Below are positions 28,534 through 38,169 of a DNA stretch of 64,000 nt, in pieces. Under the pieces are notes generated by a model. That model was given only the letters and a program-made list of their open reading frames with translations. It was not told where the DNA came from and did not search any database. This stretch comes from Nanobdellota archaeon. Lineage in GTDB: Archaea > Nanobdellota > Nanobdellia > Pacearchaeales > GW2011-AR1. The stretch is from contig JAJZAH010000002.1 of the NCBI GenBank assembly GCA_021799535.1, positions 80,950-144,949 on the forward strand, read 5' to 3'. Each line of letters begins with the position of its first letter. Position 1 is the first letter of the stretch. The position numbers were made by a program, and so were the translations under genes.

Positions 28534-30042
28534 ATGGAAAAAAACGGAGAAAAAGATTTTACTTCTTTTGTTCAGGAAGCGGGCCTTATATGGGGACCAT
28601 CGCCTGAAATATACGGTGGCGTTGCCGGTTTTTATACCTACGGGCCTCTTGGCAAACTCCTCAAGAATAGGGTTGAGAACTCTGTGAGGAAAACTTTCAA
28701 TGAAAGCGGATTCAGGGAAATCGAGGGGCCGACTGTTTTGCCGAACGAAGTTTGGAAGGCTTCAGGCCACCTTGACACTTTCCAGGACAGAACTATAAAA
28801 TGCAAAAAATGCGGGGCGGTTTTCAGGGCGGATAAGCTAATTGAAGAGGGCAGGGACATTTCGGCGGATGCTTTCAGCAACGATCAGATTCTTAGATTCA
28901 TAAAAGACAATAAAATAAAGTGTCCTGTCTGTAAAGGAAACTTTGAGGAGAAAATAGAGAAGCAAAGCCTCATGCTTAGCACCGTAGTCGGAGGGAAAGA
29001 AGCATCACTCAGGCCTGAGACAGCTACCGGGACTTATCTGCCTTTTATAAGGTATTATAATTATTTCAGGAAAAAACTTCCTTTTGGAGTGTTCCAAATA
29101 GGAAAGGCTTACAGGAATGAAATCTCTCCGAGGCAGAATGTTCTCAGGGGGCGTGAGTTCACTCAGGCTGAAGGCCAGATTTTTGTGGATCCGAAGGAAA
29201 AAAATAACTGGGGGCCTTATGAAAAAATAAAAGATGAAAAACTTCCTTTTTGGTCTGAATCCGAGCAGAAATCTGGGAAGTTTGCGGGCAAAGTCATTTC
29301 TGTCAAGGAAGCTCTTGAGAAGAAGCTGATAAAAAGTCAGGCCTATGGCTGGTGCATATGGTTAGCTTATACACAATTCAAGAACTTCGGGATTCCGGCT
29401 GACAGGATAAGGATGAGGCAGCATCATGCTGATGAGAAGGCCTTTTACGCCGATGATGCTTGGGACATTGAGCTGAAGCTGAACAATTACGGCTGGACCG
29501 AGGTTTGCGGGGTGCATGACAGGACTGATTATGATTTGACTCAACATTCAAAAGCTTCAGGCGTGAAATTAGAAGCTGTGCGTGACAACGGAGAGAAATT
29601 TATTCCTCATGTTCTTGAGATAGCTTTCGGGAGTGATAGGCCTACTTACTCTCTTATAGACATTTTCTATGAAAAGAAGACAGAAGGTGAAGGGAAGACT
29701 ATCCTAAGAGTCCCCTATCATATGAGCCCTATCGATGTCTCCATTTTCCCTTTGATGAGAAAAGATGAACTTCTGAAAGCCGCTGAGGAAATCGTCCTTG
29801 ATCTTGAGAAGAGTTTCATTGTCGATTATGATTTTACGGGAAGCATAGGAAAAAGGTATCTGAGGAGCGCAATGCAGGGAACTCCTTATGCAGTCACTAT
29901 AGATTATGATTCTTTGGAAGATAAAGATGTGACGATAAGGGACAGGGATTCTGAAAGACAGGTTCGTGTCAAGATCGATTCCCTGAGGGAAATTTTATGG
30001 GGGCTTTTGAAAGGCGGGAAAAAATTTGAAGAGCTGAGGTAA
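28534..30042 (+). CDS. glyS: Glycine--tRNA ligase (alpha2 type)
   Basis: EIYGG, ASGH, LRPETA, RNEISPRQ..REFTQAE, GSIGKRY. Confidence 0.95.
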   Translation: MEKNGEKDFTSFVQEAGLIWGPSPEIYGGVAGFYTYGPLGKLLKNRVENSVRKTFNESGFREIEGPTVLPNEVWKASGHLDTFQDRTIKCKKCGAVFRADKLIEEGRDISADAFSNDQILRFIKDNKIKCPVCKGNFEEKIEKQSLMLSTVVGGKEASLRPETATGTYLPFIRYYNYFRKKLPFGVFQIGKAYRNEISPRQNVLRGREFTQAEGQIFVDPKEKNNWGPYEKIKDEKLPFWSESEQKSGKFAGKVISVKEALEKKLIKSQAYGWCIWLAYTQFKNFGIPADRIRMRQHHADEKAFYADDAWDIELKLNNYGWTEVCGVHDRTDYDLTQHSKASGVKLEAVRDNGEKFIPHVLEIAFGSDRPTYSLIDIFYEKKTEGEGKTILRVPYHMSPIDVSIFPLMRKDELLKAAEEIVLDLEKSFIVDYDFTGSIGKRYLRSAMQGTPYAVTIDYDSLEDKDVTIRDRDSERQVRVKIDSLREILWGLLKGGKKFEELR

Positions 30043-30105
30043 TTTGTCATTTTCTTGTAACGACAATTTAGGAAGATTTAAATATGTTCGGAATAGTCCA
30101 ATCTA

Positions 30106-31164
30106 ATGGGTGGAGAGTTTATGGACGGAGAAGGGAAGAGTGTCCATATGGAAACAAGTTATCTTGGAGCTGTAAAACAAACGCCCTATTTGATAAGGAG
30201 CCTGAAAAAATTCATGCCTGCTTTAAAGATCTCTTTTCCATATTTTGATGGACAGGACATTCATATTTTAAAAAACGATTTAAATTATGAGGGGATCGGT
30301 TTGGATAATTTAATTTTTGGTAAGGCTAATGAAAGAGGATTAGGAATATGTTTCCCAACGGATAATAAGGAAATAATCCGGATTATTCCCGGTTCAAGTA
30401 ATATATCAGATCTTTCTTTTTGCATTGACCCTCTCAAATTTGAAAAAAGAAGGCTTCTTGGCAAAGACGAAATAAAGGAGATGAAAGAGAAGTATAAAAT
30501 AGGGGATGGGAAGGTCTTTATTGCAGGCTCATTTGGGGAAAGAGAATTAGGAAAAATAGTATCCCCTTTAAATAAGCTACTCACAAGCACGAAAAAATCT
30601 AAGGCGATCATTGTTCCAAGAGGTTATAATGATATCTCCCTCGCTGAACTTCGGGAATTAGGACTGGGATTTGAAACTGACTGTGAAAAAATAACAGGTA
30701 ATAGCCAGTATCTGTTTATAGGGGAAAAAGGGGTCTTAAGCAAATTGTACTCCTTTTGTGACGTTGCTTTTATAGGAGATACTTTTAAGAGCGGCGAGTG
30801 GGGGCAGAATCCTCTTGAGCCGGCATTTTACGGGAAAAGGATTCTTGCGGGCCGTTTTCCCAGAGACTGGAACCTGGCTGCCTATGAAGGGCTTGAGAAA
30901 AGCGGTTTGCTTAAAATAGTTGGTATTTCCAACAAAAGTTTTGAGGAAGACTTTTACTATGCGATCAGTCATGATGATCCTCCTAAGGAGTTTAAGGAGC
31001 ATCAGGAAAAGGCTTATAATTTCATAGAATCTATGCAGGGGGCCGGGGATGTGTATGCTGAGATTGTGCAGAAAGTCCTTTATGGAAAATTAAATTCCGG
31101 CGAAGTGGATTTTTTAAGGGATAAACATAGTTTTTTAGAAATCAGGGAGAAATTTTCTCAATAA
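30106..31164 (+). CDS. GT-B glycosyltransferase resembling Kdo transferase (WaaA/GT30)
   Basis: FIAGS, IIVPR, GVLSKLYSFCDVAFIG, GQNPLEPAFYGK. Confidence 0.72.
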   Translation: MGGEFMDGEGKSVHMETSYLGAVKQTPYLIRSLKKFMPALKISFPYFDGQDIHILKNDLNYEGIGLDNLIFGKANERGLGICFPTDNKEIIRIIPGSSNISDLSFCIDPLKFEKRRLLGKDEIKEMKEKYKIGDGKVFIAGSFGERELGKIVSPLNKLLTSTKKSKAIIVPRGYNDISLAELRELGLGFETDCEKITGNSQYLFIGEKGVLSKLYSFCDVAFIGDTFKSGEWGQNPLEPAFYGKRILAGRFPRDWNLAAYEGLEKSGLLKIVGISNKSFEEDFYYAISHDDPPKEFKEHQEKAYNFIESMQGAGDVYAEIVQKVLYGKLNSGEVDFLRDKHSFLEIREKFSQ

Positions 31165-31194
31165 TCTTATAAACTGTCCCGATATGATTTTGGT

Positions 31195-31731
31195 ATGAAC
31201 TTTAGATTTTACCATGAGAAACTTTCGGAGTCTGATGAATACAAGGACTTCATGAAAAAGAATCCGAAAGCTTATCCGTGCAGCTGTTTTTTCATTCTCG
31301 ACAGGGAGAAGGCAGGAGCTGACAACCGCGTGCATTTTGATTTTCTTATCCCCGAAACGAAAAAAATGCATTCTTTCAAGGTGAACGACAAAGTGGAGCT
31401 CCTTGATGTCGAGAATTATGACGAGAGACCTTTCGAGGAGATTTCGGTCGATTATGATTTCAATCTGGAGGATTTTGAGAAGATGATATTCAAGAGGTTG
31501 CAGGAAGAAAAGATAAATGGAAGAATACAAAAACTTCTTTTCAGTCTTCAGAAACTTAACGGAAAAAGTTTCCTCATAGTTACGGGATTTTTGAATAATC
31601 TTGGGCTTATCAAAGCCACAATTTCTCTTGATAAGATAAGGATAATAACCTTCGAGAAAAAAAGTTTTTTTGATATGATGAAAATCATGAGGGGAAAAGG
31701 GAAAGACAAGAAGGAAGAAGGAAAAAATTAA
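31195..31731 (+). CDS. Conserved hypothetical protein
   Basis: 178-aa ORF in genomic context. Confidence 0.7.
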   Translation: MNFRFYHEKLSESDEYKDFMKKNPKAYPCSCFFILDREKAGADNRVHFDFLIPETKKMHSFKVNDKVELLDVENYDERPFEEISVDYDFNLEDFEKMIFKRLQEEKINGRIQKLLFSLQKLNGKSFLIVTGFLNNLGLIKATISLDKIRIITFEKKSFFDMMKIMRGKGKDKKEEGKN

Positions 31732-32261
31732 TTCTTTTCAGGATGACAGACTTCACAGGGTTTATATCCCCTTAGTCTGAAATATTTTTTATCATCCTCT
31801 TCCACGAGATATTCCTTTTTTATTGCCCCGGCGAATCTGCACGTTCCGAGGTGGTATTTCTCGTTATATTTTGATCCTACATATTTCGATTTTTTCGGCT
31901 CTGCTTTTTCTTTCTCGATTATCTTTTCACGTATCACTGGAACCTCTTTCTCAATGACCTTTTCGATTGGTCTGTCTTTGTATTTTATAACCTCTTTTAC
32001 AACCGGCTTCTCGACAATCCTTTCAGTCTCGACAATCTCAGGTTCAGGCGTGTGTATAAGGGTTTTTCTCTTTTTTGGATAAAGCAGTGCGATTGCCACA
32101 ATGAAATACACCGCTCCCACAATGATCATCAGCGTCTGGTTGTCTTTGACGGAAAAAGAGGTTATTGCCCCGATTATAAAAAGCGCGGCGGCAAGCCCGA
32201 GAAGGAAAATCACGATAATATTTATGGGGTCAATATTTTTCTCCTCTATTTCAGTTGGCAT
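31728..32261 (-). CDS. Membrane protein with EK(P/V)V-rich stalk and Ada metal-binding-like C-terminal domain
   Basis: Two TMs; YVGSK..KYHLGTC..GYKPCEVC. Confidence 0.7.
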   Translation of the reverse strand: MPTEIEEKNIDPINIIVIFLLGLAAALFIIGAITSFSVKDNQTLMIIVGAVYFIVAIALLYPKKRKTLIHTPEPEIVETERIVEKPVVKEVIKYKDRPIEKVIEKEVPVIREKIIEKEKAEPKKSKYVGSKYNEKYHLGTCRFAGAIKKEYLVEEDDKKYFRLRGYKPCEVCHPEKN

Positions 32262-32299
32262 ATCAATCTTAGAGCCCGGAAGTATATAAAATTGCTTAT

Positions 32300-32572
32300 C
32301 TAAAATGATGATAAAAGGGAAAATTGTGAGACTTCTACTGAATATCTATTTTTCTGATGTCTAAGCTCAGATTCAACATCGTCTTTTGTTATCTCACCCA
32401 GATTTTTCTTCGCCTCTTTTATTGAGATTATAAGGTTTTCGGGTCTTTGAAATACAATTTTTTCGATTAGAGTATAATTTCCGCGCTCTTTCAAAAGAGA
32501 CATAGCTTCGTCTTTTGATAATCCCGCTTCAATTGCTGTTTTGTAGTACTCTCTCAGTCCTCCAAAGGTCAT
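32300..32572 (-). CDS. Hypothetical protein
   Basis: ORF filling the gap. Confidence 0.5.
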   Translation of the reverse strand: MTFGGLREYYKTAIEAGLSKDEAMSLLKERGNYTLIEKIVFQRPENLIISIKEAKKNLGEITKDDVESELRHQKNRYSVEVSQFSLLSSF

Positions 32573-32617
32573 GTAATTCCTTGGTATAATTAATTTATAA
32601 ATGTTACTATTATACAA

Positions 32618-33223
32618 TTACTTCTTTATGACAACGAAGTTAATCATCATCTCTGAGTTATGCGTGGAAACTATCTCAAAACCTGCTGACCTGAATAAAT
32701 CGTGGGCTTCTTCCTCGTCGAAAAGATAATAGTATCTTTTTCCTTTATTCGTCCACCCTATCAGTCTCTCTTTTCCTGAGTTTTTCCTTTTGAGTCTTTT
32801 TGAGTTAACATTCCATACTCCTATGTAAGCTTCCCCGCCTTTTTTCAGAGCCCTGAAGAGTTCTTCTGCCACTTTTTCTCTTCTTTTTTTGGTCGGCATG
32901 CAATGAAGTGCGGAGATGCATATCGCGTAATCGAAAAATCCATCGGGTTTAGGAATTATATCAAGTTCGCTTTTTATGAATTCTGCCTGTATGCCGTTTT
33001 TTTCTGCTTTTTTCTCTGCAAGTTCAAGCATCTTCCTAGAAAAGTCAAGAAGGAACATCTTCCCGTCTTTTATTTTCATCAGATGCCTCCCGGAGCCGGA
33101 GCCTAAGTCAAGAATGTTGCCATGTGTTTTTTCAAGAAATCTTACGGCATTTTCAGATGGCTTCTCTTTATGCTCGTGCCATTCTGGAGCGATACGGTCC
33201 CAAAGTTTTTCCTGGTCTTCCAT
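32618..33223 (-). CDS. Class I SAM-dependent methyltransferase
   Basis: ILDLGSGSGRH, DFSRKML, FDYAICISALH. Confidence 0.9.
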   Translation of the reverse strand: MEDQEKLWDRIAPEWHEHKEKPSENAVRFLEKTHGNILDLGSGSGRHLMKIKDGKMFLLDFSRKMLELAEKKAEKNGIQAEFIKSELDIIPKPDGFFDYAICISALHCMPTKKRREKVAEELFRALKKGGEAYIGVWNVNSKRLKRKNSGKERLIGWTNKGKRYYYLFDEEEAHDLFRSAGFEIVSTHNSEMMINFVVIKK

Positions 33224-33334
33224 GACTGGTTGGAGCTGTACGTGGTTAAATGTTTGTCGGTTTGTGATAGAGTAATTATGTAAATCGTGTGGTTGAAGAT
33301 AAATCCTTAAATATCCTTTTTGGTCTTTTTTAGT

Positions 33335-34456
33335 ATGGATGGTTGGCAGGTTATAGGAAGACCAGGGGCGATAGGAAGCAGGAAGGACGAAGTTTTATCC
33401 AATTATGACCTCGTCTATGGGAAAGGCGAATGGAAGCTTATTTGGGATATAAATGGAAACTCGTTTGGTCTTGATGGCGCATTGGCCCTTTATGAAGACG
33501 CTTATTTTGATTATTTCAGAAATCATCCGGGTGAACTCAATTGGATTGCGGAGAATTTTTCCGATGTCTATGACAACAACCCTTCGAATATAAACTCAGG
33601 GCTTGATTACTCTATCCAGGAATATGGAGGGAGTCATTTTCAGGATATTGCTATAAGGAGAGTTCTTGTTCGGAATGGGGCATGGTTTAAAGGAAAAGGC
33701 CTGCTTGAGATCAGACTTTCGGATCCCGGGGTCAGATGGGATCCCGGAAAAATCCCATTCCATAAGCCAGATATGGTCCCGAAGCCTGAAGTTGTCGGAT
33801 GGTGGGATTCAGGATCCATTGAAAGCTGGTATCAATCTGCCCGCTATCTTGAAGTTAAGGACTATAACTTTGAGGATGATAGGAGCCTTTATTTCGTGAC
33901 TTCCAATCCGGGCAAGGTGAATTCTGCTCAGAGATCATTTGGTGACTTTGTAAAACTAAAGAAAGTCACCTTGAATATATCTGAAGAGCAGGACACAATT
34001 GAAAAAGTGGCGATCCACAAGGCAAGAGTTGCTTACTCGGTAATATGTAGACCAGTCATATGCGATGATTCAGGTCTTGTAATCCCGTCGCTGGGAGAGT
34101 GGCCCGGTGCCAGGGTCAAAAGGGAAATTGAGAATCTTGGAGAGAGTGGTTTTGCAGATCTCTTCCGTGATGGTCCCAAGGAAGCTTACTTCAAGATGGC
34201 TGTCGCTTATTTTGATGAAAATCTAAGAAAACCTGAGATTTTTATTTCAACTGTAAAGGGGAGGATTTATTATGAAGCAAGAGGTAATCCCGAAAAGCCT
34301 TTTATAAAGAACAAAACTCTTGGGACAAGATTTGTCCCGGATGGCTGTGCTAAGACTCTTGCAGAAATGTCTGATGAGGAATACAAAAGAGATGCGACAA
34401 CGGACAGATGGAGGAATCTGGTAAACTTTCTCAGTAGCAGGGAACAAAAGAAATAA
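33335..34456 (+). CDS. Fusion of an unknown N-terminal domain and a Ham1/ITPase-family NTP pyrophosphatase
   Basis: C-half FVTSNPGK, EEQ..VAIHKA, CDDSGL..LGEWPG, GRI, KTLAEM. Confidence 0.8.
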   Translation: MDGWQVIGRPGAIGSRKDEVLSNYDLVYGKGEWKLIWDINGNSFGLDGALALYEDAYFDYFRNHPGELNWIAENFSDVYDNNPSNINSGLDYSIQEYGGSHFQDIAIRRVLVRNGAWFKGKGLLEIRLSDPGVRWDPGKIPFHKPDMVPKPEVVGWWDSGSIESWYQSARYLEVKDYNFEDDRSLYFVTSNPGKVNSAQRSFGDFVKLKKVTLNISEEQDTIEKVAIHKARVAYSVICRPVICDDSGLVIPSLGEWPGARVKREIENLGESGFADLFRDGPKEAYFKMAVAYFDENLRKPEIFISTVKGRIYYEARGNPEKPFIKNKTLGTRFVPDGCAKTLAEMSDEEYKRDATTDRWRNLVNFLSSREQKK

Positions 34457-34500
34457 TCCGGTTCCACAACTTTTAAAAGGCTTTTTTCCGATTGAGGTTA

Positions 34501-35043
34501 ATGAGCATAAAGCATCCTTGGCATGATATTTCTGCTGGAGATAAGGCTCCGGAAGTGGTAAGGGCCATTATAGAGATACCAAAAGACACAAAGATAAAAT
34601 ACGAACTTGACAAAGAAAGCGGACTTTTGAAGCTTGACAGGTTTCTTTATTCAGCTGTGCATTATCCTTCTGATTATGGGTTTGTGCCTCAGACTCTCTG
34701 GGATGATAATGATCCTTTGGACATAATTGTCCTTACGGGAAGACCTGTTTACCCTATGACCCTGGTGCAAGTGAGGGTAATTGGTGTTCTCAGGATGATA
34801 GACGGAAATGAAAAAGACGACAAGATTATAGGCGTATATGATAATGATCCGAGATTTGATGAATACAAGGATCTTGAAGATATTCCGCAGCATACTCTGA
34901 AGGAGCTGAAACATTTTTTTGAGGTCTACAAGATCCTTCAAGGGAAAAAATGCGAGGTCCTGGAAATTCTCGGCAAAAAAGAAGCCATGAAAGATGTTGA
35001 AAGAGCTCTCAAGATGTACCTTGGTAAGTATGGGAAGAAGTGA
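34501..35043 (+). CDS. ppa: Inorganic pyrophosphatase (family I)
   Basis: HPWHD, KYELDKESG, YGFVPQTL, DNDPLD, DDKII. Confidence 0.96.
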   Translation: MSIKHPWHDISAGDKAPEVVRAIIEIPKDTKIKYELDKESGLLKLDRFLYSAVHYPSDYGFVPQTLWDDNDPLDIIVLTGRPVYPMTLVQVRVIGVLRMIDGNEKDDKIIGVYDNDPRFDEYKDLEDIPQHTLKELKHFFEVYKILQGKKCEVLEILGKKEAMKDVERALKMYLGKYGKK

Positions 35044-35231
35044 TTTTTGTCCTTTAGATTTGGCTGGGGCGGTAAGAAGAGCCAATCTTGATAAGTATTT
35101 GCGTTGCCAGTGAGCCGTAAACTTTGCTGAACTTTTTGAGTTCCCGCTTTCTGAGCTGCATGTTTTCGCCTGAAGATATTATAGTATTATATTGTGATTA
35201 GTTTTATATAACTGAATTTTCTCCCTTTTTC

Positions 35232-36617
35232 ATGCAACCAGAGGTTAAGGTGAAAAAGCCTGTCCGCTCGAAGTCAGGCGTTACTCCGCTGACTGTAGTT
35301 CTAGCGCCGCGCAGATGTAATCATGGGACATGTATTTACTGCCCGGGCGGAGATTTTGTCCCTCAAAGCTATACTGACAAGAGCCCTGCGGTAATGAGGG
35401 CGCTCGCGCTAAATTTTGATGTGAGAAAACAGGTGTGCTCGCGCCTTGATGCTCTGATAAAGATGGGTCACCCGACTGAGAAGATAGAACTGATAATAAT
35501 AGGCGGGACTTTTTTGCAGTACCCTTCGGATTACCAGTATGATTACATAAAAGGGTGCTTTGATGTTCTTAATGGCGTTGAGTCTGCAACGCTTGAAGAA
35601 GCGCAAAGGATAAACGAGACGGCCGAGCATAGGATTGTTGCGATGTGTATAGAAAACCGTCCTGATAACTGCTCGGAGGACGAGATAAAGCGGATGAGGG
35701 AGTTCGGGGCCACAAGAGTGGAGATTGGGGTCCAGATATTGGATGATGATATTTACAAAAAGATTGCAAGAGGCCACAAAGTGAGAGATGTTATTGAAGC
35801 GTCCCAAAGATTGAAAGATGCCGGCTTTAAGATGGGCTACCATATAATGCCCGGGCTCCCATATTCTGACATAAAAAAAGATATAGAGAAGTTCAAGCTT
35901 GTTTTTGAAGATGAATCTTTCAGGCCTGACCAGCTCAAGATTTATCCCTGTCAGATTGTCGATGATTCCCCTCTTGCAAAAATATACAAAAGGATAAACT
36001 ATAGGATGTATACAGATGAAGAGATTAAAAAGGTCCTTTTTGAAATGATGGAACTAGTTCCGGATTATTGCAGGATAATGAGGGTTATGAGGGAAATCCC
36101 AAAAGAGAAAATGGTCGGTGCCGCAGGCTCGACATCGATAAGGAAAGAGGTCGAGGAAGAATTGAGAAGGAGACATGAGCACGTGAAGGAGATAAGGATG
36201 AGGGAGATAGGATTTAACTCCATAGGTCTCAAGACAGATACTATAATGAAGACGATAGAATACAATTCCTCAGGAGGCAAAGAATTCTTCCTTGAAGTTG
36301 TAAATTCAGATGATGTCCTATTCGGATTATTGAGACTTCGGTTTCCAAAAGAGACTTTCATAGATGAAATTAAAGATTGCGCTCTTGTCCGTGAACTTCA
36401 TGTTTATGGTCAGGCATTGAATCTTGGGGAAAAAGGAAAGGATTCACAACACACTGGCCTTGGAAAACTTCTCATGAGTGAGGCTGAAAAGATCGCCCGC
36501 GATGCAGGATACAAAAAAATTGCAGTAATCTCAGGGGTAGGTGTCCGCGAATATTACAGAAGATTGGGTTACGAAATTGAAGGAACTTATATGGTTAAAG
36601 AGCTAAATCAGGTTTAA
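35232..36617 (+). CDS. elp3: Elp3 tRNA U34 acetyltransferase (radical SAM + KAT)
   Basis: CNHGTCIYCPG, PQSY, ENRPD, HIMPGLP, VRELHVYG, QHTGLG, ISGVGVREYY. Confidence 0.95.
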   Translation: MQPEVKVKKPVRSKSGVTPLTVVLAPRRCNHGTCIYCPGGDFVPQSYTDKSPAVMRALALNFDVRKQVCSRLDALIKMGHPTEKIELIIIGGTFLQYPSDYQYDYIKGCFDVLNGVESATLEEAQRINETAEHRIVAMCIENRPDNCSEDEIKRMREFGATRVEIGVQILDDDIYKKIARGHKVRDVIEASQRLKDAGFKMGYHIMPGLPYSDIKKDIEKFKLVFEDESFRPDQLKIYPCQIVDDSPLAKIYKRINYRMYTDEEIKKVLFEMMELVPDYCRIMRVMREIPKEKMVGAAGSTSIRKEVEEELRRRHEHVKEIRMREIGFNSIGLKTDTIMKTIEYNSSGGKEFFLEVVNSDDVLFGLLRLRFPKETFIDEIKDCALVRELHVYGQALNLGEKGKDSQHTGLGKLLMSEAEKIARDAGYKKIAVISGVGVREYYRRLGYEIEGTYMVKELNQV

Positions 36618-37363
36618 TTTATCAGATCATCAATAGATCTTACGCCTTTTGTCCTATTCAAAGGATTGATCAGGAGTTTTATCTTCCCTACCTCGAAAAG
36701 CTCCTCTTCAGATTTGTCAGGTCTTAGCTTGGCGAAATTCCTGTATATCTTTACTCTCTCCTTTGTAAGAATCCCAAAGTCAAAATGACCTCCGGTAAAT
36801 CGGTCATTTCTTGCAGCTTCAAGAATGTGTCCGAACTCTCTTCTTAATACTCCTTCGAAATTTCCGCTGGTCAAATCCTGAATAAAATTGTCCTGATCTT
36901 TGTTTAGATCAATGCATATGGAACCTGATCCGCAGGTCTCATGCCTTATTGTTCCGAATGTAATATACGGTATATTTGAAGAGTTCAATATCAAGTCGCC
37001 TTTGCCTGCAAAAAGGTACTGATTTCTTTCTATGGCCTTTCCATCCCGGATTTCCTCATAATGTACCATATGGTCTAAAAGTTCCAACTCTTCTCTGATA
37101 TCTGTTGCAGGTCTTTCCTTGGAAGCTATAAATTCGTCTGCTTTATTTCTTATAACCAAAGCTTGATTTTCAAAAAAGATTTCTTTCCCCGCGTATGCAA
37201 ATATCATTGACTTTTCCTTGTTGGAGAAAACTTTCTTTGCACTGTAAGACACATTTTTTATAAGGTTATTCTCGCCTGTTATCGAGCTCTGTGAATCGCT
37301 CGCGAATAAAACATATTTTTCCCCGTATCTGTTAAGGCCTGTGAGAGCGGTTATCGTTGTCAT
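36614..37363 (-). CDS. Proteasome-beta-like Ntn hydrolase (paralog 2)
   Basis: M-T-T start, FASDSQ, KKVF, YAG, CGSG, DRFTGG. Confidence 0.72.
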   Translation of the reverse strand: MTTITALTGLNRYGEKYVLFASDSQSSITGENNLIKNVSYSAKKVFSNKEKSMIFAYAGKEIFFENQALVIRNKADEFIASKERPATDIREELELLDHMVHYEEIRDGKAIERNQYLFAGKGDLILNSSNIPYITFGTIRHETCGSGSICIDLNKDQDNFIQDLTSGNFEGVLRREFGHILEAARNDRFTGGHFDFGILTKERVKIYRNFAKLRPDKSEEELFEVGKIKLLINPLNRTKGVRSIDDLIN

Positions 37364-37366
37364 TTT

Positions 37367-38116
37367 CTATATAAGAACTAAGTCATCAAGGTTTTCTACA
37401 TTTATCCCGTGCGAAGATAGTTTTTCTATAAGACAATATTTTCCAATTTCAAAAAGTTCGTCGGGCGTATGGCTGTTATACATAGGTGCGAACTCTTCGA
37501 AAATCATTGCACTTTCTCTTGTCAGAAGACCGAAGTTAAAGAATCCGCCCGTCGCTTCGTCAATTGCAGATGCTTGGGATATGAGGTCAAATGAGGCTTT
37601 CAATAAAGAGGTCATTTCTGAATAAATTTTTTCTTCATCAACTTCATCAAACATTTTCAATCTTGGGACTACTAAATTTCTCTCCCTCAACTTCTTTGCC
37701 CCGGTTCCGAGAGCGTACATGACCATGCTGTTATTCTTTTTCCCTTTAGAATACCAGTTTAATTTCAAATCTGTTTTGTTAGCGAAAGTATATCCATTAT
37801 TCCTGTTTCCCTGGTTTGTTATCTTATCGAGTTTTTTCAGCTCTTTTATGGTTTCTTGGGTTGAATTGTGCTCTTTTGAAAGAAATCTTTCGGCTGCCAT
37901 GATTATTTCAGGATGCTTCTCATCAACCGTCTCTTTTTGCAGTACCGCCCCTCCGGCGTATGCCAGCATCAAATTGCCATCGTTATTTGTAAAAATCTTT
38001 TTCGCATTATATCGGATGCTCCTGGATCCTAGATTCCATTCGGAATCACCCGCGAAGATTATATACTCTTTTTTCCTCAATGGGTCATAGCCTTTTATGC
38101 CCATTACAGTTGTCAT
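37367..38116 (-). CDS. Proteasome-beta-like Ntn hydrolase (paralog 1)
   Basis: M-T-T start, FAGDSE, KKIF, YAGG, ALGTG, DEATGG. Confidence 0.75.
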   Translation of the reverse strand: MTTVMGIKGYDPLRKKEYIIFAGDSEWNLGSRSIRYNAKKIFTNNDGNLMLAYAGGAVLQKETVDEKHPEIIMAAERFLSKEHNSTQETIKELKKLDKITNQGNRNNGYTFANKTDLKLNWYSKGKKNNSMVMYALGTGAKKLRERNLVVPRLKMFDEVDEEKIYSEMTSLLKASFDLISQASAIDEATGGFFNFGLLTRESAMIFEEFAPMYNSHTPDELFEIGKYCLIEKLSSHGINVENLDDLVLI

Positions 38117-38169
38117 CAAAATTTTCTGCTATCAGCCTATTTAAGAATTATTGTGCTTTGGAGGGAATA

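Noticed and set aside
35044..35231. Small ORF or RNA between ppa and elp3
   Set aside because: The 35-codon minus-strand ORF has no recognisable features and I found no convincing structure
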